Positions 53,918 through 64,000 of a DNA stretch of 64,000 nucleotides are shown here, in pieces (the stretch's first letter is position 1; each line of letters opens with the position of its first letter). Made by a program: the position numbers and the translations under genes. The stretch is taken from contig OX597826.1 of NCBI GenBank assembly GCA_951406725.2, positions 4,526,001 through 4,590,000 on the forward strand, written 5' to 3'. This stretch comes from Octopus vulgaris (lineage: Eukaryota). The notes beneath the pieces are model-generated. The model did not search any database. It saw only the letters and a program-made list of their open reading frames with translations, and was not told the DNA's origin.

Positions 53918-54308
53918 TGCAATCGAGACGTCCGCTTTGAGATCCACCCGTGTAGCATCTTGCGCAAATGTCTTTTAACCACGGATTCTGAATGAGTCGG
54001 AACTCGTTATTCGTAATGGCTAAACGAATAAAAGCGAGACATTTGTTCATCAGATAGATTTGAAACTGCGATTCAAACAACCAGCTTTGACACAGTATAT
54101 TCCACACGAACTCTACTGGAAGAATGACGTCAAGAGAACACACGTCTGTGAAATACTCAGCCATTTCACACGCTAATGCAATCAGCGAGGATTTTCAGTC
54201 TAGCGAGCGACTGAATACTCGTTGTCGACCCCGACGGAGAACCGTTTAATTTATGTAATGCATTGCCTGTATATATATATATATATATTGCTGATAGTGT
54301 TGCTTTTA

Positions 54309-54354
<46 letters not shown>

Positions 54355-54644
54355 AAAGCAACACTATCAGCAATCATTTAAAGACTATCTAAACGCTGGT
54401 TATCTATAATTGCGCGTACACATATACACAATCATACCCTCACACATACATACATACTTACATACATACATACAAACATACATACATATTAGTTACACTG
54501 TTTTACCGTTAATTTCCACCAATGTTATATAATACGTCATACAGAATTTGCAAAGGTGGATTGTATTACAGCATAACATATCTTCTCTTTCCTCTCTGGC
54601 ACGGTTGGTACTACGGCCTGTTACTGGTTTTTAATGTTATTGCA

Positions 54645-54717
54645 ATCATCATCATCATCATCATCATCGTCATCATCATCATAATCATCATTTCCATCAC
54701 AATCATAATCATCATCC

Positions 54718-54751
<34 letters not shown>

Positions 54752-54870
54752 AATATTCATCATCATCAGCAAGTTCGCCATATTCATCATCATCATCATC
54801 ATTATCATCGTCATTATCATTGTCATCGCCATCATCATCATCATCATCATCATCGTCATCATCATCGTCG

Positions 54871-54904
<34 letters not shown>

Positions 54905-54924
54905 AATATTCATCATCATCGTCG

Positions 54925-54958
<34 letters not shown>

Positions 54959-54981
54959 AATATTCATTATCATTATCATCG

Positions 54982-55013
<32 letters not shown>

Positions 55014-55029
55014 GTCATCATCATCGTCG

Positions 55030-55063
<34 letters not shown>

Positions 55064-55105
55064 TCATCAGCATCAGCAAGATCACCATCGTCATCATCAT
55101 CATCG

Positions 55106-55163
<58 letters not shown>

Positions 55164-55265
55164 AATATTCATCAGCATCATCATCATCATCATCATCATC
55201 ATCGTCATCATCATCGTTAACATCACCATCGTCAGTAGAAGCAGCAACGTCATCGTCGTCGTCGT
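54645..55265. repeat. About 620-bp (ATC)n array with recurrent ATAATATTC and GTC interruptions
   Basis: Direct inspection; source of the poly-I/M/D/H ORFs. Confidence 0.95.
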
Positions 55266-55378
55266 CGACAGTCACATAATGTTTTTCTCAATTTTCAATG
55301 TTTTTATTTTTATTTTTCGTAAATATTTCTTGTTAATATACACTCAATGACTGTTACCAATGTCCCGGTATTCCTTTC

Positions 55379-55615
<237 letters not shown>

Positions 55616-55708
55616 CACATCCTCTTCATCCTAGACATCACCATTAACTTCATCATCACAATCCCAGTGACACCCCACTTCAACTCTACTACTGCTTTGT
55701 TCAGCATT

Positions 55709-55767
<59 letters not shown>

Positions 55768-56161
55768 CATCGGCATCTAACCGCCTCCACCTTATTATTC
55801 TCCTTCTATCTGTCGTCGTTGGAATCCCAACTTCTTCCTCTTCCTACTCCTACTCCTCCTCCTCATCATCATCACCATCAAGTTGCCAACGTGTTGGCTC
55901 CAACATATCTAACATATTGACACAATGGCATGTAATATATTTGCTATTTTGAACAACTTCATGTGGTGCTCATTACACGTATTGTTTGGACCACAGAATA
56001 TAGTAGCAACACAACTGTGATATATATATATATATGAATATGCATATATATATATATATACATATACATACATACATATATATATATATATATTGTGTGT
56101 TTACTAACACCCACCCACACACACACACACACGCACACACCACATACATACATACATATAA

Positions 56162-56192
<31 letters not shown>

Positions 56193-56712
56193 CACGTCTT
56201 CAAGCTTTTGTTTTATGGTGACATTTTTCATAATGTCATTTGAGTTCTGTGCAAACAGTAAAGTATCTAAATACACCATTAAATTTTCTAGACCTTCATG
56301 GTCTCGTCTTCAAGACGAAGTGATGTTGTTGTGTGTTGCACAGCTTGCGCGTTAGAGTGATCGCTTGAGGAAGACATTCTTTCGCAAGCTTGGAACGTTG
56401 ACTAACAGATATTTTAAAATCATTTATCACTGATATTGTTTCCATCATTAATCGTTAATCTTGTCGGTAAAAATTAAAGACCATATATTTGTTCGACTAA
56501 AAAGTAGTACCTCTTATGTGTTTGTATGTATGTGTGTGTGTGTATGTGTGTGTGTGTATGTGTATGTATGTGTGTGTGTGTGTGTATGTATGTATGTGTT
56601 TGTATGTGTGTGTGTATGTATGTGTGTGTGTATTTAAAGATGGAGGAAAGGAGAAGAAGATGGAACTAGTAATTAATGTATACATAATTTCATTGGTCAC
56701 TCACTCACTAAA

Positions 56713-56765
<53 letters not shown>

Positions 56766-57094
56766 AGTTTGTGTGTCAGTATCAGTGTGTTTATATGTCT
56801 GCATCGGTATATACATAGAAACATGCACACGCATACATAATCATACGGAATTATATACACACTCGCATACCCCGTATACATTTGGAGAAACCCACTTTTT
56901 ATGTATACATGTGTACAATTAAAATTTTTAAGCGTAAAACCAGGTGAGTAACTATACATAAACATCAAGAATATATGTAAGCAACCTTCTCATCAAGTTC
57001 GCAGCGGGAGGGTGCCAAACATATTCCACCCAAACCACCAACCCTGTAGTATTTTCTAAACTGTTCTCTGCCTTTGTGTATGCAAATGTGTGAG

Positions 57095-57098
57095 TGTG

Positions 57099-57131
<33 letters not shown>

Positions 57132-57132
57132 A

Positions 57133-57167
<35 letters not shown>

Positions 57168-57248
57168 GTGTATATGTGTGTATATACGTATATATGTATA
57201 TACGTATATATGTATATACATATATGTATATATGTATACATATATATG

Positions 57249-57294
<46 letters not shown>

Positions 57295-57519
57295 ATATAT
57301 ATATATGTGTGTATATATATATGTATATATATATTTATGTATATGTGTGTATATATGTATGTATGTATATAAAAATATATATGTATATATATATGTATGT
57401 ATATGTGTGTATATATGTATATATATATCTATATATATATATATATGTATGTATATGTGTGTATATATATATGTATATATATATATGTATTTATATATAT
57501 GTATGTATATGTGTGTATA

Positions 57520-57575
<56 letters not shown>

Positions 57576-57625
57576 TATATATATATGTATGTATATGTAA
57601 ATATATATATGTGTGTGTTTGTGTT
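57095..57625. repeat. Long (TA)/(TG) compound microsatellite
   Basis: Direct inspection. Confidence 0.95.
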
Positions 57626-58540
57626 TGTGTACGTATGTATACGTATGTACTTATATGCATGCATATTGGCACACTCTTAGACACACTCTTAGACAGGCAC
57701 ACATACCCGCTCGTTAACTCATACGTTTTGAGTCATTCCCTCAGCAGGATACAATATTACATATCTATCATCATTGCTATCGTTGTTGCTGCAGCCATTG
57801 TTGCTGATATTGTTGTTGTTGTAGTTGTTGCTGTGGAAGACTCAGTTGTTGTTATCTTTGTTATTTTTGTTTTTGTCATCGTCGTAGTCGTCATCGTTGA
57901 TTTTGTTGTTGTTCTTGTTATTGTGTTTGCTGTGTATGTTTTACTTTGAATTGACGTCATGCCGGTTTTATTTATACGATACAAATAAGAATACAGGTAA
58001 GCTTTGGACCTTAGAAAATGCTCCCTCTTCTTTTGTCTGGGTCTTTATTCTTGTCACTCAATGTCTGCTCCTGTTTATCTGACTGTATGCATATTTCTCT
58101 CTGTCTGTCTGTCTGTCTCTCTCTCTCTGCCAGTCTCCTCCATCTCTCTCTCCACCTCCCCAGTTTCTCTTATCATTACTGTATTTTTTCTTTAGTCTCA
58201 AGCATCCTACATTTCTTCCTTTTTCTCATCCTCATCATTATCATGGTCGTCGTCACCGTCCTCCTTTTCTTGACCTCCTCCCTCTCCTCCTAATTTTTTC
58301 TCATCCTTGTCTTCTTCGCTCACCTCATCCTGCGCCGTCTCCTTATGGTACTCATCGTAATCATATTCTTCCTCCGGTTTATCTTTCCATAATGACTATT
58401 GAGAATAAGGCCACTTACACCATCGACTCCCAAACAAATATCAGCGCCACGTATATTTTCTGACGATGCTGCTGATATTATAACCAACACCAAAACTGGC
58501 AAATTTCGCAGAGACAAAGATTATGCATGATAAATCCATG

Positions 58541-58587
<47 letters not shown>

Positions 58588-58699
58588 AGGTGTAGGTCCA
58601 TTTATATGTGCGTAGGTATGTATATTTATAACACAGATCCTTGAAATCTAAGGGTTTCCTATTCACCAGCAATCATCAGCCTAGTTAAGTTTTAACTTA

Positions 58700-58836
58700 T
58701 CTTTTTCTACTCTAGACACAATTCCGGAAATTTTTTTTGGGGGGGGGGATCCAATCGATTAGATCGCCCTCCAGTACGCAACTGGTACTTAATTTATCGA
58801 CCCCGACAGGATGGAAGGCAAAGTCGACCTGAGCGA
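58700..58836 (-). mobile_element. SINE family C, 5'-truncated (tail 1 plus core)
   Basis: TTTCTACTCTAG..TCGATTAGATCG..CCAGTACGCAACTGGTACTTAATTTATCGACCCCGA..GGCAAAGTCGACCT. Confidence 0.88.
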
Positions 58837-59259
58837 AAAACTGAATTTTGAAAGAATATTTTCGTTTTGCTAGATCTTCGACCAAGTTTATTGCATATAT
58901 TTTGGGAAAGATTTTCGAACATTCATTAAGTACGGTGAAGCATTATCGTTTTCACTCATGGAAAATTTATCCATAAAAAAATATTTTGTGTGTTCAGCAA
59001 GTAAAGATATAATTTATGTATCAATAATATTGTCATACATTTACATATATATATATATATATTTATATATAAGCGTGTGTGTGTGTGTGTGCTTGCTTTT
59101 ATATAGAGATATATGTGTATACAATATATGTGTGTGTTTATGTATGTAAATATATGTACACATATGCATGAATAAACATCTCATACAAGCACACATGACA
59201 TATTCACACGGACAATCACGTCACGGTCGACCACACATGTATATGCATGAACGCACATA

Positions 59260-59470
59260 ACACATACATACATACATATTTATATACATATATACATACC
59301 TATTTATATATATACACACATATTTATATATATATACACATATTTATATACATACATACATATTTATATACATACATACTTACATACATATTTATTCATA
59401 TACATACATACATACATACATATTTATATATATACATACATATTTATATACATATATACATACATGCTTA
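59260..59470. repeat. (TACA)/(TA) compound repeat with a recurring CATATTTATATA unit
   Basis: Direct inspection. Confidence 0.85.
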
Positions 59471-59844
59471 CATACGTGTACACTCATACTTTCCTCCGTA
59501 TATATATATTCAGAAAAGAAATGATTGATTGATTGATCGGTCCGATCGATAAGCTTTATTTCCAGCTGGTTTAAATTACTGTTTATCAATCTCCCAAAAT
59601 TCCAGACATGTTTTTTGTTCACCAAAAAAAAAAAAAAAAAGATTAAAAAAAAAACATCCTGATGAATGACATCAGGATTGAAACTACGGCTGTGTAAATC
59701 ATAGAAGCGATTCGCTGTCACTTGTTGTTTGAAATATTTCTTATCTCCCAGTCACTAATGTGCTTCTGCTGAAATTGGCCTTGGCAATCAATTTTTCACC
59801 CAAAACGTGTCTGCTTTTCCTGTCTGCTACTTCAATTTTTATCA

Positions 59845-59931
<87 letters not shown>

Positions 59932-60677
59932 CTGTGCGTGTGTGTGTGTTCGTTTTGGGTTCCTGTATATCTATGTCTGTATTATCCTCGTCGCCGTTGT
60001 TATTCTTATTTTTTCGACTGTTTCAGTGTGTTTTTTATGTCCGTTAATCTGTAATGTTACAAACACACACGCATGCATTCACACATTTGCATGCGCGTGT
60101 GTGTGTGTGTGTATGTGTGTGTGTGTGTGTGCAGTGTGTGTGTGTGTGTTGTGGTATGTTTGATGTTTTCAATTTACTTTGTATTCCGACTTCAATTTTT
60201 CATCAATGATATCGTCTACCTTCAAGTTCTCTCACTCTTTCTCTCTCCCTCTCTCCCTCTCATTCCTTGTCATTGTTAATCTCTACAATTAAATATGTAC
60301 ATATATATAATACATATATATGTGTGTCTTTGAAAAGCCAGAAGCTGGAGAATTTTGTCCAAGAAAAATCTTTTTACAGACGCAGTGTGTTTTTTAAAAA
60401 CAATATACTTCAGAGCTGGGAGAAAAGATATCGCCTCGGCTGCGACCGCTAGAGCGATTGATACGTATTTCACCGTTGTTGCTGTTTGTCAATTTGTCCA
60501 CTTCACGTACTCGAATCAGTTCTGAAACAAGATGGAAACTATCAGTTTGAAATATATAGAGACAGTGTTTAAAATATATATTTGTGCAGCGATTGTGCTG
60601 CACAAGTAGAATTAATTTCGAATTATGCGGCTCTGTAAGTGAAGCTTTAATATTGAGCTAGTTTTATTGCATAATCT

Positions 60678-60768
<91 letters not shown>

Positions 60769-60775
60769 ACAACAA

Positions 60776-61020
60776 TTCGGAGGAGTAACTGCCATGCTCC
60801 ATGAGCAATAAACACGAGCTTGTAAAAATTTCAGCTTGACCATAAGTTTGACGATAACTTGATTGCTGAGTACTCCCACACTATCACATCAACAACTACG
60901 AGACAGACGCAGTCTACAAAGTTACTTTCATTTGCTCCACCATCAAGGACAACTTCTCTCTTGAGATATAGATCAACAGATGTGTTAGAAGTGCAAATCT
61001 CAGCACTGGCTAATTTGATA
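60776..61020 (+). mobile_element. RTE-clade LINE reverse-transcriptase C-terminal fragment (pseudogenic)
   Basis: Reads ACKNFSLTISLTIT*LL and, after a frameshift, INNYETDAVYKVTFICSTIKDNFSLEI*INRCVRSA. This matches the RTE motif 'ACKDFGLTISLKKT..IDNYELEVV..FTYLGSTI..NLSLD.EI..RIGKA'. Confidence 0.8.
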
Positions 61021-62224
61021 TCGGCGCACATTATGGTAACACTCAACAGATCTTTCGTCTTCAGCTATATGGGGACGAAACCTAGAAATCTGTCTATTTC
61101 AAGCATGACCTGAGTCTTAATACCTTCTATCTACGCAGCCTGAGATGGCTTATGAACGTCAAGTGAACTGACCGTGTTAGCAATAACCCACTCGGTAATA
61201 TCATATTTAGTCCGAGACTAGACTACACCCGAGCTTTGCGAATGAAACAGGGTGAGTGTAAATCGAAAGGTAACTTTTCTGATCTATTATACCAATAATT
61301 GAAAGTTCTCACCTTCTCCCATATTATGCTACACTGATTCAGTTTAGGAATTCAGGTCGACGTAAAGGTGTCTGTGAAATACTTTGTCACGTTAATTTAT
61401 CGAGTATAGCTCTCAGTGACTACCTTGTCCAATGCATTCTTAATTATTTGAGACACTACTGTGCAATATTAGGAATCATTCGCTGTCTGGGAATTATTAT
61501 TTTTGAATCTCACAACGTGAGATATTCAGCAACAGTACTTTGTAGTAAAGATTGTTTGCCAACATAACATGGCAGCGCTGGTGTAGGACTAATGTTGCTG
61601 GATTCCCTTGTTTGAAAATATAAGGACACATATCGTGTCGTATAGCCAGGTGGAGACGATGTCTCCTGAGGCTAAATTACAGCAACATTTGTCCTAAACC
61701 AGGACTGCCATATTATGTTTGCAACCAATCTTTACTACATCATTCGTTGTTATTTCTAACAAATAGAGCGGCTTCATAGCTTCATATAGGGTCAATCTTT
61801 CCGTCCTATGTTTCAAGGTTTTGATGTGCTGGAATTAACAGCAAGAGATCTATCAAATCCCATCATTTTTTCTTAAAAAGGAAGGACACCCATTACTGTT
61901 GTTTGCTTCAGTGGTGGTGTTGGTAGTGCTGGTGGGGGAGTTGTAGGACCAGCTGGAGAGAAATGAAATCACTTTAATGCGTTTATTGCATGTGCGCGCT
62001 TATATATGTATTCATGAATATGTGTGTATTTGTATCTGTGTATATATGCACAGAATACACTTTGATCTTAGCTAAAACGCTGCTTCTGTGTGTGTGGGTG
62101 TATGTGTGTAGATCGATAGATAGGTAGATATACATGTAGAGATAGAGAAAGGGGAAAAGAAGATACGTAGGCATACATACACAAAGTCGCAAAATAACAC
62201 ACCCACACCCACACAAACGCACAT

Positions 62225-62264
<40 letters not shown>

Positions 62265-62475
62265 GTGTGTGTGTGCAATGTCGACGTCTGTTGTCGATAT
62301 TGGTCTTTCATGTTTCACCAAACAACGTCTTGGTTCGATGGCTATATCCCATTTCGTTATTACTTCCCATAATTCCATAGAACTCCCACTCGCGTTGATG
62401 GTGTGGAGGCCATTTTGTTTTGTTTACTATTTCATTTTTATTTCTATTTCTTTATTATTATTATTATTATTACTC

Positions 62476-62511
<36 letters not shown>

Positions 62512-62783
62512 CTTCTTGGTCTTCAAAACGTAATTTTTTTTTTGTTATTGTTTTGTTTTGTTTGGAGGGGTTATTTTTGTTGTTTTGGTTGGGAATTGTT
62601 CTTTACGATTTCCTGTCACTATTTATATATTGTGCGTCTTTTTCTTCTTTTTTCTTTTAGTATTTCGAATCATCATTTATCTATGGTTTGAATATGTTTG
62701 TTTATGATATAAGTGTCTATGTGTAAGTCAGATAGCATATGTATGTATATACAACAGTTAATCCATCCATCCATACATATACG

Positions 62784-62815
<32 letters not shown>

Positions 62816-63089
62816 CATGTCGCTAGCAAGAATTGTATTGATAGTGACTTCGAAGGTTCGGCCGGCTAAGCCCTCATTGAACTAATATATATATATATAT
62901 CAACAAGTCTATATCCCGATTCGATCTCACTTCGCGGCACCGTAGCAATGTGCCTTGTACAAAAGACTCAGAAAGTGTGCAGGGGCAAGTAGTGTGGGTG
63001 TGTGTGTGTTTGTGTGCATGTGCTTTTGTATGCTCCCATTATATCCGGTAAACTAGCGTGCCAACAAAGAATGATCGATAAAATGAATA

Positions 63090-63265
63090 GCATATATATA
63101 TATATATACATACATATATATATGCATATATATATACATATGTACATATATATATATATATACATACACACATATATATATATATATATATGCATATATA
63201 TATACATATGTACATATATATATATATATACATACACATATATATATATATATACATACACACAC

Positions 63266-63296
<31 letters not shown>

Positions 63297-63319
63297 CATA
63301 TATATACATACTTACATGC

Positions 63320-63355
<36 letters not shown>

Positions 63356-63357
63356 AT
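63090..63357. repeat. (TA)-rich compound repeat with an internal duplication
   Basis: ATGCATATATATATACATATGTACATATA occurs near 63122 and again near 63190. Confidence 0.9.
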
Positions 63358-63863
63358 AGAATCGATATGATCGACCAAAACTCCTTGAAAATTGAGCTAC
63401 TGAATGCCCACAGTCGACTGACTAAAACAGTGAAGATTGAAAGAATAAAAGAATAATGGAATATGTGAATATCTCTGGAGAGTGCATTTCAGTTTTGTTT
63501 TGTTGTTCGTTATTATTATTCTACGAAATGACATTGTCATTCCATCCATATACGCTGTGCTTTCGACATATGGTCTCATATTTTTGTTGGATGTGTTTCT
63601 TTGTAATATACATAATTGTAGGATGTGTCTTGGTTTTCTCCTAGCTCTGGGAAATAAATAACAGACTTTCTGGGGAATGCTCCCTGTAATAGAATGGTAG
63701 GAATTCATCTGTCGTCCATCCACTGCATAATGTAAACTGCAGTGTCAAGCGTATGGCTTTTGTCAGATTCCCTGACACGTGGAGATATTCATATGTATGT
63801 ATTGGTCTGCCTCTCCATTGATCCAACTCCCTCCCTCTTTGTTTGTCTGTCATTCTCTCATAA

Positions 63864-64000
63864 ACGAGGGGGTGCTGAAAAGTTCCTGGCTTTAAGGGTA
63901 TCGCAAAAGGCCTGATTGGAATTCCAAATTTCCGAGTTCTTTTACAGGGCTTAGATAGGACCGCTGCAGTGTGTAAATCTGAGAGGGAAATATGTTGAAT
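63864..64000 (+). mobile_element. mariner deletion derivative (MITE-like), runs off the window end
   Basis: TIR-like ACGAGGGGGTGCTGAAAAGTTCCTGGC, followed within about 100 bp by the transposase-end-like EFF...CVNLRGKYVE. Confidence 0.75.

Noticed and set aside
54522-55275. Poly-Asp, poly-His and poly-Met ORFs resembling acidic biomineralisation proteins
   Set aside because: A pure (ATC)n array with no signal peptide, unique coding flank or splice support.
57990-58003. Strong donor-like CAG|GTAAGC (also CAG|GTGAGT at 56941)
   Set aside because: No upstream polypyrimidine acceptor or coherent exon could be identified.

Overview
This is 64 kb of AT-rich, microsatellite-saturated eukaryotic non-coding DNA with no credible intact protein-coding gene. 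The long ORFs in the track are translations of simple repeats such as (TA)n, (CA)n, (ATC)n, (AAT)n and (CTT)n. The repeat landscape looks like an octopus (coleoid cephalopod) genome; this is an inference from recalled repeat families, not a database result. The window holds at least three tRNA-derived SINE families (called A, B and C here, about 25 copies or fragments), decayed CR1-like and RTE LINE fragments, Tc1/mariner and pogo-type remnants, a Helentron/DINE-like end, and Penelope-type remnants carrying minimal hammerhead-like motifs. The best leads are: (1) a candidate recursive splice site on the + strand (polypyrimidine-CAG|GTAAGT at 24880-24887, with a 50-nt cryptic exon), which would make the window part of a giant intron; (2) a SINE/LINE pair sharing a 3' tail with a covarying stem-loop; (3) modular and dimeric SINE architecture; (4) (TA)n-centred fold-back inversions; (5) an inverted SINE pair that could be an ADAR substrate. 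Coordinates were read by eye and element edges are approximate unless a target-site duplication is given.
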